Assembly: GCA_964016885.1 (NCBI GenBank)
Contig: CAXHJY010001155.1
Location: 1-64,000 of the forward strand
Source of the DNA: Eledone cirrhosa
Taxonomy: Eukaryota
Direction: 5' to 3'
Length of the DNA: 64,000 nucleotides
A program made the translations under genes and the position numbers. This document shows positions 11,201-24,005 of this stretch, one piece after another. The notes beneath the pieces are model-generated. The model made no database searches. It was not told the origin of the DNA and saw nothing but the letters and a program-made list of their open reading frames with translations. Position 1 is the first letter of the stretch; every line of letters begins with the position of its first letter.

Positions 11201-13209
11201 CAATTGTATAGCATTTTTCATGTTTATATCTCTTTCTTGTGAAGGTGCATGGTTTATTAGTTTGGGTGTTCAGCTCATGATTATTAGTTAGTGATTTCAA
11301 TTTCTAGTGACAAATTATGTCTTTTAGTAAGAGACTTTATTTCATATTACTCCACTATGTTTATGTTTGTATCTGTATTTATGTCCCATAACTAAGCAGT
11401 TTCACAAAAGTAGATCCATAAAAATAAGGACCAGACTTTAACAAATATAGCACTGGGGTATATGTGATCGATTAAACCAAGTTTGTGCACCAGCATGGCT
11501 GCAGTCTAATGACTGAAACTAGTAAAAGAATAAAAGAATATTTTCAAAAAGCAATCCATAACCATATGATGACAGGTGACTGTTTGTTGGCTGATCTTTT
11601 GAAAACAAAACAAACAACGAACATAGATTTTAGCCATCTCCAAACTATATATTATATATTTTGTATTTCAGATTTCCAACAAAACCTTCAACATTGCTAC
11701 CATTTATTATTATTAGTAGTATTATTGTTATTACTACTATTGTTATTATTGCTATTATTGTTGTTATTTGTTATTGTTTTTGTTGTTTTTTGTTCCAAGA
11801 ATTTTAGCCATTTTCCTTTGAAGCTAAATCATCATCTAGTTGAAGATGTTGTCAAGACAGCAGAGATATTGTTTGGCTAGAGTTTAGGAAGCCTGTGTCA
11901 TAGAAAACTTTTGACAGGTTGACTTGTTCTAAGGAAAAACAAAATAAAAATCCAAACGAAAAAAAGGTTAATCTCTTATAAAACTAATCACGAAGAAATC
12001 AAAGTTTATTGAAGATTTCTTATAAGAGACATATTTACTTCATTTCAAAAACTTTTGGTTGAGAAAACTAAAATCCTTCTATTGGTTAAACAAAAAGATA
12101 AGATTGTGACTGTCATATGTGTTTTGGAATCTAGTCAACCCAGCAAATTAATCTCACTGTTAAAGCATTGAATTGAATGCATTGGTGTTTGTTCCATCTC
12201 TCTCTGCTCGGAGTTCAAATCTCATTAAGGTCAGTTTTGCTTTTCCTCCTTTCCGAGTTTGATAAATTGAAGTACTAGTCCATAAGCAAGCGATGGATCA
12301 GCAGTGTTGTTAAAGAGTCAAACATGATGTGTTGTGGTATATGTTCATGCTCTGTGCATTCTGAGTTCAAATCCAACCTCATGCAGAGATGCTTTTGTCA
12401 GGAGTTAGGACCAACAAATAATATCAGCAATGGGAATACCAATGGAAACATAACTTCCTTGGTCTGATATGACAATCAACTTCTTTCTTTTGCCAGAAGT
12501 TTTGACTAACAGATAGTAACAGCACTGGAAAAACCAAAGGAAGTATGGATTCCTTGCTCTGATCTGGTGATCGGCCTCTTTCTTCTACAAGGAGTTGCAA
12601 CCAATAGATAGTATCAGTAATGAAAAGACCAATGGACACATAGTTTCTTTCCTTTTTAATGTAGTATTTGTACATCCATCCTGTGATTGTGAGATAACAG
12701 TGCTAGACTCTGCCCTGTAATGCTATTTTTACACCACACTCATCTGCATACTCCCTTCTCTCTCAACCTTTTGGCCATCACTCCATTCTTTTTTTACACT
12801 TTTTTACACATTTGCCTTGCCTGAACAGAGACTGAGTAGATAAGAGAGGATTATTTAGCCAAGTGGGACACAAGGCAACCTCTCTAGTGTTGGCACCATG
12901 ATAAAATATACTCTGTAAATTCTGTAAGGTGATTGACAGTTAAACAGGCAATGAAGGGGAGAGAGGATATTAACCACCGAGGAGTTGATGCCATGACTAA
13001 ATATACCCAGTACCCTTTGTGAAGTGGATTGTAAATAAATGATGAAAACATAAGGGTGAACGAACCCTTTAGTCAGAGAGAGGACATTACATTCAGCATT
13101 CTAATATTTTTACCAATCTACCACCCTTGACTGGTAGTTTATCAACCCCAAAGAATGAAAGGTAAAGATGACCACAGCAAGATTTGAACATGGAGCACAG
13201 TGCAATAAC

Positions 13210-13400
13210 AAATAACTGTTTCTATTTTTGACACAAGGCCAGCAATTATCCCAGTGCATTACTGGTGCTTTATTTTATCAACCCTGTAAAGATAAAAGGC
13301 AAAGTTAACCTCAGCGAGATTTGAACTCAGGCTGTAAAGGGGCGTAATTCTATGCTGCAAAGCATGGCGTCTGACCCTCTACCAATACTGCCAATCTACC
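13210..13400 (-). mobile_element. SINE family 1
   Basis: Reverse complement of the consensus (gatttgaactcag B-box, ccaatactgccaatc head). Confidence 0.75.
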
Positions 13401-15119
13401 CTATACTCTAAGAACTCTGCTGATAAGGATATTAAATAGTTGTAAAGAACATATTCCAAATTAAGATTAAGCAAGTGATTTAAGACTAAAACAGACATTA
13501 GCTTTGCAGGCCCCATGACAGGTTTCATAATCATTATGAGGGCCTGTTTTTGAGCAGAATTTTACAGCAAGATTCCTTTCTTGGTGCCAGCCTTTTTAAT
13601 TGGATCTTACAATAGGCAGGGAGACGATGTACCAAGCCTAAGTTTAATACATACAGTAGTTAGAAATAGCAAATACATAATCAATTAAATATAGATCTCT
13701 TTAACCCTATTGTGACCATATTTCTAATGAAATTAGAAGTATTTCAATTATTTGATGAAAATTTGGAGGATTTACCAAAATTATTCATTATTTCATTATT
13801 AAGGTGATATTTGCACCATAGATTATGTTGGAAGGTTTTAATTTAAATAGAAACCCTTAAAAGTATATGGTTTTGTTTCATAGAAACAAAGATAGTTTAT
13901 TATCAAGAGTTTTCAACAAAGTTTAGCAGCAATAGCAGAAATATGAAGATGGCTGAGATGTATTATGAAGAAACAAGATTTAATCATAGAAATAATGAGA
14001 ATAAAACCCCTCATCTAATAGTTCACATCAATTTCATAAATTTTATGGTTTCGCAATTTTTCATATTAATATCTTATATCAGATAAATGTTTGTCTGCTT
14101 CAATACCATTTCCTTTCTAACTTAGCCATTACACTAATCTTGAACTCAGAAATCAATAAAATATATCATAAATCAATTAAAGATTAGTTTTCAATTGGTG
14201 ATAGATTTTGCTATCAATTTATTGGTGTCATTCATAGACCACTGTAACTTTCCGACATTAACTTTTAAGCAAGACATATTGCTGACATTTAAGTGTTGGG
14301 ATTGTTTGATGGGCAGTGACATTATCTGAGAACAACAGTGTACTGAAACTAAAACACTTACATCACAGAAAAGTCATTTTAACCATTTAAAAACAAAAAA
14401 ACTCATATTCATTTTTCATTTACAGAGGTGCAATAACCCTGTCGCCATGAAAAAAAAATTGGTTTTGCTTTTTACTCAATAAAATAAGAAAGGTATATTC
14501 AATTTTCATTCACAGAGTAGTACTATAATGGCATGACAGTGAGTGGAGACTGAAAGAACTGCAGATCTACAGTGGATCTGCAGCAGTATTTGTGAGACTC
14601 ACAGATCTAGAAGCTGAGCTTCAAGGAAACACTGATGTGGAAACAGTCACTGTTCAGCTGAGTGTCAGTCAAGAGTGATGGTAGTGTGTTGAGCCAGACA
14701 TCACTGAGGTCATATTGCACTGAATGGCATCCCATTTGTTTTGAGAGGACTGGATGTCTACAAAGGGAGAAGGGGATGGATGTCTGCATGGCAGAGGCCA
14801 AGTTGGTTCCATGTGGTGTAGGCTACCTCATGTTCCCTGATCACAGTATGATTAGTTGTGTTGTTGAGAATCCTGTTGAGGACACAGCAAGAGGTCATCA
14901 ACAAAAGAAATGCCAGCAAGGACAGTGAGACAAGAGACCAGAGATTGAGGCTACTATAATGGTCTTTGATTTAGGCACAAGGACAACACTTTTGAGAGAG
15001 GGGAAAGTTAATGAGATCGACCCCAGTGCATTACTTGTATTTTATTTTATCGACCCCATAAGGAATATAATATTCCATTTTCAGCATAAAATTTTCTTTG
15101 AGTCCCTTATTTGTGTGTA

Positions 15120-15345
15120 TAAAACTGAAGATCACAAGCTATAGAAATATTGGCCACTTTCTGAGAAGTTTACCATTGAACCTATAGCGGTGGAAACTTT
15201 TGGCATCATTGGTCCCCAAACGACCTCTCTTCTCACTATCATCAGGATGGAGTTGGCCACCTGCAAGAGTTAGCCCCACACATTGGAATGGTTATTTCAA
15301 CACATCTCCCTTGTTATGCTCCAGAGTAATGCTTTTCCTACTGTC
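15120..15345 (+). mobile_element. CRE-clade 3' fragment
   Basis: KYWPLSEKFTIEPIAVETFGIIGPQTTSLL..LEWLFQHISLVMLQSNAF, homologous to 17930-18130. Confidence 0.75.
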
Positions 15346-15599
15346 TGCTGGAACAATGACGTGGCATACATCTGTGGTTTCGCCTATCAAAATATTCTCC
15401 CTCATTGGCCAATCATATATCATTGCGGTAGCGGTGGTGGGAGTTTGTATATCATTTATATTTTCTTTAGTCTTTTATTCACTTATTTAATTATGTAATT
15501 AAATAACAACAGTGAGTTTATATGCAATAAAAAAAAATATGAGAAAGAATACTCAGTTATCATTACCCCAATGATATGGGCCAAGCCAGTGTGGAAGAA

Positions 15600-15805
15600 C
15601 ACTCTCTGGCATGCAGAAACTTGGGGGCAAGCAACTTAGTGGAGAAATCTCTGCCCCAGGGGATAGCAAGGGAAATGCATTGAAATATCCATGCCAACTC
15701 AAGAGGGTTACTCCTGTCAGTGGCCAACTCTGTCCTGATAGCAGTGAGTATGGAGGTGGTATGGAGACCAAGAACACCAGAAGTCTTTACTGTAATAGAT
15801 TCACC
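15600..15805 (-). mobile_element. CRE-clade 3' fragment
   Basis: ORF 15563-15808(-) ITVKTSGVLGLHTTSILTAIRTELA..ELAWIFQCISLAIPWG. Confidence 0.75.
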
Positions 15806-16207
15806 CACAAAATTATTTACATTCTTATTGACCTTTATACCTCACATTACTTTCTAGCTTCTATTTATTTACACTCAGTCAGGTAGAATCGGTAGAGTTT
15901 CGGACAACATGCTTTGTAATGGTTAGCTATGGCCCTTTATGTTCTGAGTCTAACTCCTGCTGAGGTTAGCTTTGCTTTTCTTCTTTACAGGGTTGATAAA
16001 CCAGCATTGGGGTCAATTTACTTGACTTCCCCTTCTCTTCAAATTGCTGGCCTTGTGATAAATGTGGAAACAATTATTCTACACTCACTGAGTAATAGAA
16101 TGTGTATGTATGTGAGTGTGTGTATATATATACATATATGTGTGTGTGTATTAATATGTCCCAGCATGGCCTTAGCCGGATGACTGGAATGAGTAAAAGA
16201 GTATATA

Positions 16208-16281
<74 letters not shown>

Positions 16282-16777
16282 ATATATATATACCTTATAA
16301 ATTAAACACATATAAACAATCATAATGAGATATAATATTTGGTTTCTGTTTCATTGAGGTTAGCTAATCTTCTTTACAACAGTTGATTCCATATTTTCCT
16401 ATTCAATGGAATGTCTTAACTAGTTTTTCTATGCATAACACCTTGTCTCCTGTTTGTTTCCTGTTCTATCTAACCCACCATGCTCCCACCCTATTCCAAG
16501 CTTCTTTTGTCTTCACCTGCCTTTTTAGACTTGTTTCCTATTCTAGTTCTTTCTATCACTAATTCATTCATTTTACATCTTTCTCTCTCTTTCTCTCAAC
16601 CTTCCCCATCACCACCACAACAACTCTCTCTCTCTCTTTCTCTCAACCTTCCCCATCACCACCACAACAACTCTCTCTCTCTCTCTTTCACTTCACCTTT
16701 ATCAGTATAATGTTGTAAACAGCAATTTATAAAATATTTCAGTAAATATTCCTTCCCATATATTTGAACTCCTCCAG

Positions 16778-16866
16778 GAAACAAACCAGAGATCACCTGT
16801 TGGCAGACATTTCAAGATGATCTGAAAACAATCATCACCTGGAATGGATGTGAAAAAGCAGCAGTG
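16778..16866 (+). CDS. Candidate internal coding exon of an unidentified host gene (xNKPEITCWQTFQDDLKTIITWNGCEKAAV)
   Basis: Non-repetitive sequence. Pyrimidine-rich acceptor ttccttcccatatatttgaactcctccAG, one open frame, donor GTttgt at 16867 (alternative GTgagt at 16871). No homologue recognised. Confidence 0.45.
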
Positions 16867-16905
16867 GTTTGTGAGTGTTAGTGCAGAAGGATCTACATTT
16901 AAGAC

Positions 16906-17121
16906 TAACACCCATAGTGTTAAACCGGACGTATCTGGCCAGAATTATCTCACCTCTTTCTGCTCAAACCGGCTGTAACCGGCCACTCATACTGATGTTA
17001 AGATATTGCTCTCAAAATAAATAATATCAAAATCTCACAGGTCCGATATTATGTGAGATAAAGGCTTTACCATCAAAATAAAATAGTAAATATGTAATAA
17101 TGTAAAATGCTAAAGGGTTAA
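16906..17121. mobile_element. piggyBac-like TTAA MITE, degenerate left end
   Basis: Right end aatgctaaagggTTAA (TTAA-CCC terminus). Similar ends at 13701, 18859 and 26317. Confidence 0.5.
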
Positions 17122-17369
17122 ACATATACTTCCATATTTACCTGTCATATGACAGGTAACACCTTAATTGTAATCAAATATCACAGAAATCCCACAAAAA
17201 TATTCTGTCCCTAAGAAGCCATTATGAAATAGATCCAAGCTATAAATATTTATCTTAATCATTGTTAATTTCTTCATCATCATCTACTTTTTTCCTCTTC
17301 TCCTGTCTTCCTCTCCATCCAGTTTTATTAGCTTAAACTTTGCCTCTTCTTTGATCTCTGCCTGTTGAT

Positions 17370-18280
17370 GTCAAGTCCCCCCCCCCCAAAGCACTTGGGA
17401 TGCCATCCAGTGCAGCCTGGTCTCAAACAGGTTCACGTGCCAGCTCGACCAGCACTGCCTTGCCTGCTTTCGTGCGGCCCCCAAACCCCACAGTGATGCC
17501 TGGCTCCATGCCATGCCCTCCTTCCTCACTGGCACGCAGCTAGACAACAATAGCCTGCGCATCGGCGTTTCCTTGAGGCTCGGCCTCTGGATCTGCAAGC
17601 CACACCAACGTCACTGCAGATCCACTGTGGACTCTTTCGGCCTCCACCCGCTTTCCTGTCGCCACAGTGCCGGTCTCCTTCCACACCATGCTGCTCTCAA
17701 CAAGGTCATAAAGCATGGCCTGGACGCTGTGGGCTTCCCTTCCCAGCTCGAGCCGGTGGGGCTGGACCGAGGGGATGGCAAAAGGCCAGATGCCATGACC
17801 ATCTTCCCGTTCTATGGTGGCAAACCCCTCGTCTGGGATGCTACTTGCACCGACACATTCTGCAGTTGCAACCTGGTGCAGTCTGTGACTAACCCAGGTT
17901 CTGCTGCACGTCGGACTAAGGAGGCCAAGCTTCTCAAATACCGGTCACTCTCCTACAGGTTTGTGATTGTACCTCTGACAGTGGAGACTTCCGGTGTCCT
18001 CGGCCCTAGGGCTACCTCCCTACTCGCCACCATAGGCGCTGAGCTGGCCAGCCGCAGGTGTGAACCCCGCGAGTTGGAGTGGCTTTTCCAGTGCGTCTCC
18101 CTTGCACTCCTCCGTGGGAACGCCCTCTCCATCCTGTCCGCCGGGGCTGTGTGTGTGTGGGGGGGGGGGGGGGGGGGGTTCCCACCGCATAACATTCCAT
18201 ACTTAGGTATCCAGATTAATGGTTTTTAGTATATATATAAATATTCCCTCTTGACTGCTATCTCCTTGAATAATAAAAGT
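17370..18280 (+). mobile_element. CRE-clade non-LTR retrotransposon 3' region (zinc knuckle plus restriction-like endonuclease)
   Basis: GC-rich island. ORF 17513-18229 reads AWLHAMP..LRIGVSLRLG..CKPHQRHC..HPLSC..HAALNKVI..KRPDAMTIFPFYGGKPLVWDATCTDTF..KLLKY..VETSGVLGP..FQCVSLALLRGNA; AATAAA near 18272. Confidence 0.88.
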
Positions 18281-18456
18281 GGTGTTTCATTCACCATAAT
18301 GTTTTTAAAATTGATTCATATTCAGTTACATTACCATCCCTTGCCTTCATCCAACACACTGCCACCACACAACAACTTTCAATACACACACAGGATTTTG
18401 CCTTTTTTTTTCACCTTTTTCCCCCTTGTTCTTTCATTGTTTAACTATATTCTAGT

Positions 18457-18508
<52 letters not shown>

Positions 18509-18550
18509 TATATATATATATACATAACTATATACATATATACATATACG

Positions 18551-18604
<54 letters not shown>

Positions 18605-18858
18605 CATATACATACATACACGTGCACACAGATATATATATATATATATATATCAGCTGTCAAATATTTGCTTTACACTTTGGACAACTAGTGACCTTTA
18701 GATTGATCATTTTGTCATTTCTGAATTGAGTGTTGAAGCAAAGCAAAGCAATCAGAGAAGATGGCTTCTCAAGAAATGTTGTGTCCATACAGAAATATAC
18801 ATCAAGTTTTATCTGGAAAAAGATTTTATATTATTAATAGCAAATGCATCCATCTTCT

Positions 18859-19360
18859 TTAACCCTTTAAAACACCAACCCACCCAAAACTACTCTATTA
18901 AAGTGTTTAAATTTAAATTTAACCCTTGGACTAAAATCTCATTATTTTATGACAGATAATATTAGATTTCAGCAGTTAAATATTTATATTTTGTTATGAA
19001 GTTGAATGCTAGTTATTTCACTAAACCTCTCATAATCATTGATTATTTTGGTAATTAAAATACAAAGGCAGTACATTCATGTTAGAAATGTGGTCACAAG
19101 GATGATAACCTCTTTGTTACCAAATCGCTTGAAACTGTCCTTGGTTCTACAATACAGAATAGTTTGATTTAAAGTATGTATATTTATCTAAAAGCTTTCC
19201 ATCATAATCTTATGTAAAAATATTTGTTATGTTATATTCCAAACATCAACTTAATATTGAAAAACATAATTAACTCCTTCCAAATTCTTGATTATTTTCA
19301 AAATTATTTGAAAATCATAGGCCGTATCTTTCATTAGAAATATTGTAATGAAAGAGTTCA
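18859..19360. mobile_element. piggyBac-like MITE
   Basis: Starts TTAAccctttaa and ends aaagagttca (degenerate gggTTAA). The flanks joined together match the uninterrupted duplicate at 19706-19765. Confidence 0.6.
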
Positions 19361-19397
19361 GATATTTAATTCTTACACTATTGTCCATTATATGTGT

Positions 19398-19705
19398 AGA
19401 CATGGCTTTGTGGTTAAGCAGTTCGCTTTGCAATCACATGGTTCTGGATTCAGTTTTGCTGCACACAACCTTGGTCAAATGTCTTTCCTCTATAATCTTG
19501 GGTTGACCAAGGCATTGTGAGAGAAATTTGGGAGATAGAAACTGAAAAACTGTCATGTGTTTATGTTTGATTATGTCCCATGACTTAGGGGTTTAACAAA
19601 AAGAAAAACAGAGATTGATCAAATATGTACTGATATCAATATGATTAACAAAAAATCCCTTCTTCACTGCAGACTGATGACTGGAACCAGTAAAAGAATA
19701 AAATA
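19398..19705 (+). mobile_element. tRNA-headed SINE, decayed
   Basis: Head catggctttgtggttaagcagttcgctttgcaatcacatggttctggattcag; end actggaaccagtaaaagaataaaa. Confidence 0.65.
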
Positions 19706-21634
19706 TTTTATATTAATAGCAAATGCATTCATCTTCCTAGAGATATTTAATTCTTAGGTTATTGGCTGTAGAAGTTGATATTTGGTGGTTGTATGTGGCA
19801 AGGTGGTGTGGTGGGGGTATGTATATAGTATAAAAGCATTATACCAATATATTTGACATAACCACTTTATAGGTCAATACACAGTGGTTTATGAGCAGAA
19901 AGAATTGTCAAACTATTTCTCTAAGATGAAATATGAGATGCTTAAGCCTGATATTTCTATAAATTAAGAAGCAGGAAGTAATGTCTGGTTATAAAATAAG
20001 GAATAATGAGTAAATTAGTGGTTTTATATTGTGTCTAATGTTTCAATCAATAACTCTGGCATGGGATAGTGAACATTTTAATAAACTAGCGAATGAATAA
20101 TGAATCGGATTCTCAAAACTTTAAATTAACCCAATGAAAAGAATTAAAATAAAAGAAGAAAAAAAAAGAGAAAACAAAACAAAAGAATATTAAGTGAAAT
20201 TTCCTTGGAAATTTTAGAGAAAAATCTAAAATCATTTTGAAATTTTACTTTCCTAAACCACCACCACCACCACCACCATCATCAACATTTTATAACTATA
20301 TTCCATGCTGGCATGGCTTGGAGTGGTCCTCATGGTCTGAGATTAAACTCGTTAGAGAATCACATCTGCTAACATGTTCCATTTGTGGCATGGTTTCTAT
20401 GGCTGGATGCCCTTCCTAATGTCAAACATTTTACAGAGTGTACTTTGTGCTTTTTATCATTGCACCAGCACTACCACTTTACAAAGGGTACTGAGTATAT
20501 ATAACTATGGCACCAGCACTACCACTTTACACCATTTACAAGGCCTATAAAAAGGGGTTTAAGCTTGTGAATTAACAAGTACACCTTCATGTTCCTTGGG
20601 TGTGTGCAGTTTTGTGTGTTAATGTAGTGCATCAGCTACATCATCACCTCCACATCATCATCTCCAAATACCATCGCCATATCCCCACCCCAGCTCCTCC
20701 TCCTCCTATACATAACCTGCAATCTCCACCACCATCATCACCATCACTCATCATCTCATTGTTCTGTATAAAACCTGTAAATCCCCACCCTAACACCTCC
20801 ACACCGTTACTACTACACCTCCCCCCCCCCCCACCGTATCATTACCACCACATGTCCCAATTGCACTGTCCTTAATCTGCAATCATCACCCTATCACCTC
20901 TACACCATCTAATACCTTATTAATTCCTTCACCATCACCTGCTTCATTACCTCCACAACTTGGTCACCAAGTCCATACCTCCACACCTCATCAACTACAC
21001 ACCATCACCACATCTTGACATATCTCCACACCTTCATCACCTACTCCTATCACACCATTATTTTCGTCCACCCTGTCCACACCATGTTTTCATCAGATAT
21101 ATCTGAGCAATGTAAACAAAACTCCATCGATCCTCCTCTTCTATTGAGGTTAAAGCTATACCATTAAATGGGATTAGTTTACACAATACTTTACATTTAA
21201 TACTTACAGCTCTTCTTAATGGTTAACTAAAGCAAATCGACCCATTATTGTTATATCTCCTGTTTACTTGTACTAAACGAACTGTGTACTCTGTCTCTCT
21301 CTCTACCTATATATCTGTATGCAAAAGAAATATATCTGTATATATATATATGTGGGTGTGTGTGTGTGTGTATCATCTGTAGTAAATATGCTAATATACT
21401 TACTAAGTAGTTTTTTTTTTTCAAGGCTAACTTGTTGTTATAGTCTCTACTCAATTAACTGGAAAGAAGCTGTCATCTCTATTCATCATCAACTTGCAAA
21501 GATAACCAACCAAAGCCACCCCTCCCTACATCACCCTCCATCTGACAGTAGTAGTTACAAAAGAACTTGCTGCTGATTAAAGGACTGGACTGTAAGTATT
21601 TATATAGTGACAATGATAACAACAAAAACAACAA

Positions 21635-22740
21635 TTATTTATTGACCAATAAGGCCGAAATCATTATGGGCAATACAATAGCCATGGACAGTGGGAATTT
21701 ACATATGAATAAGAAGTGCAACCTGGCTCCCCTGCCAGACTCTGGTCTAGTGAAGAGCACAGAAAACAAGAGCTGTTAAAAGGGCAGATGAACTCTTCAG
21801 AGTCAATGGCCATCCATCCCAAATATGGGTTAAATAGCCTCACCGACCAGCAATTGGCCAAGCATGGTGAGAACAGCTACACCCCTGACATGACCAAAAC
21901 TGAACAGAAAACTGTAGAGGTCAAGCAGGGAGGGGGTTCTTCCAACAGGAATGCGAAGGGATGGACCAGGACAAGGCACGATGATCAGGCAGTAATACAT
22001 TATTATGAATGTGATGTATGCATTCACCACCTCTGCCACCTGCCCTTTCTGGAGTAGCTTTCTCTCAACCCATTTCTAAGTGACAGTGGCCACCCTTCTT
22101 GCTACGTCATCAAAGTTCTTATCCACCAGGACGTCCAGACCAAACCAGACCCCTGCAACTTAACCAATCTATCCATCCACCATCCCATGATGCTATTGAA
22201 TAGCATAGATCTGTCTCTTCAGGTGCAAAGCTGCTAACCCACCAACTTATCTGAGTTGAATTTTGCTCCCATCAACATTTCATATTCCTCTAAGAAGTTG
22301 CTGACCACCTCGATTGCCAAGGTGTTTGATAACATCATGGTGACATCATCTAGTTCAAGTGAAATGCCCTACAATAGCTCCAGCTTTTGCAGTAGTGGCT
22401 TGAATGTCAGCCTATACAGACGGAAGGAGAAAGGGCTTCCTTGATGGACAGAGTAGATGCCACTATGAACTGAAGCAATCCAGCCTCTGAAGACAGCACT
22501 GGTCAGCCTTATCAAAAGCTTTTGATTGATCCAAATTGATCAGAGTCCCACTGAAGCCAGATTTACTGCCCACCCTTTCTATGATGTATCACAAGAGGTA
22601 GAGGTTGTTGTGAATAGACCTGGTCAGTATTGCATACATCTGTGCTTCCCTGACCAGACTTATGATGACAAGCACCAACATCTTTGCTAACACCTTGGCC
22701 AAAATTTTAAACTCTGTGTTGAGCAGAGTTATGGGTCAGA
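21635..22740 (-). mobile_element. Tx1/L1-clade LINE RT fragment and 3' end
   Basis: Minus strand PITLLNTEFKILAKVLAK, LINLDQSKAFDKADQ, DDVTMMLS and GVWFGLDVLVDKNFDDV; homologous to 61550-63290. Confidence 0.8.
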
Positions 22741-22941
22741 AATACTCAACTACAACCCCTTGTTCTCATCTTTCCTCATATGTTTTGCAACTCCCCGATT
22801 TACAGAATTGGGAGTTCTCCTGTCCTGTATGTCTGGCATATATATGTAAAACTTGTAGGATAGAACATCCAAACTGTGCCTCATATTGTTATCAATTTAT
22901 TATTAATTTTTAACCATTTTCTTTCTCTCTTTATATGCTTA

Positions 22942-23581
22942 CTAGCTGAATTACCTGCGCCTTGCTGCGTTTCCCACATTTTTTTTTGTAAGAATATGAT
23001 GATTGATTTTAAATCAGTGATATAATTCATGGAGAAACACTCTGCATTTCAATATTACTCAATGTAAAATGTAATGCATGAACAATTGGAAAACATTATT
23101 TTTTTGTAATATATCAAATCAAAATTACATTATTAAATTTTATTTTTATTTTGTTTCTTGTAAATAATTTTTTTCAAAATATCAATTCAAAACCTTTGTG
23201 AATAGGCATCATATCTTGTCATTTACCTATGGTTTAAATTTCATATAAATCGAAGAGAAAAAATTTTCAGTGGGGGGTTTGTGCCCCTGGGGAACCCTCA
23301 TTAGGGTATTTTAATATTATTGAAATTTGCTGAAATTTTGTGAATAGGCATCTTATCTTGTCATTTACCTATGATTTAAATTTCATATAAATCAAAGGGA
23401 AAAAGTTGTCAGTGGGGGTTTGTGCCCCGGCAACAATGAAATATATTTATACAAGTACCCTGGGCAATGTAGTTTCAGAATATATATGGTTATGGGGTCT
23501 ATCTCCAAAACCATAGGAAGAGTTTGTGAACAAACAAACAAACAAACAAACAGACAGGAACCACAACTTCATATATATAGA
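22942..23581 (-). mobile_element. Complete non-autonomous Helitron
   Basis: Minus strand begins 5'-TCtatatatatgaag, carries (TTTG)n near the 5' end and ends with a GC-rich segment plus CTAG-3'. Inserted between A and T with no TSD. Internal ~140-bp duplication (23197/23338). Confidence 0.8.
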
Positions 23582-23679
23582 TATGTAAATCCCCACTGTC
23601 CCTGTTTATTATATTGGCCTGAATGTTTTCCTAGAAAAGGAGACCCATATAGCCAATGAAAGAAATAATAAAATGAGTA

Positions 23680-24005
23680 ATAAGGATTTGTTTATTAGCC
23701 ACATCCCCTGAAAACATTAAGGTCACTGCAAATAAACAAGGGATTTACATAAAACAGATAAAGTAACAATAAACATATGACAATAAAATCCCCCAGGAGT
23801 AATTAAAGAACACCAGATATCCAAGAGAACTCTGGTCAACAAGAGTACCACAGGCAATTACTTCTCTCTCCTTGATTCTTTTCACCCTAGAGATGCATCC
23901 TTAGAGAATGTCCATTCACTTGAGCCATCCTCACTACGTTCACCCACCTTTTAACAAATATTTTTAGGGGGAAGCACTTCACTCTCCACTCTCACTTTCC
24001 TTATT
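23680..24005 (-). mobile_element. Tx1-clade extreme 3' fragment
   Basis: Minus strand KVRVESEVLP..RWVNVVRMAQV, like 61787-61900, then a UTR ending AATAAA..ttatta. Confidence 0.6.

Noticed and set aside
11485-11880. 131-aa ORF with a poly-Leu segment resembling a membrane helix
   Set aside because: Starts in a SINE tail, and the Leu run comes from a (TTA/TTG)n microsatellite.
17513-18229. 238-aa ORF as a standalone or domesticated nuclease gene
   Set aside because: Homology extends upstream of the ATG, the zinc knuckle looks degraded, and decayed paralogues lie nearby; best read as a truncated CRE element.
20600-21090. Pro/His-rich ORF in a C/A-rich tract
   Set aside because: Low-complexity, degenerate (CAC/CAT)n sequence with interrupted frames.
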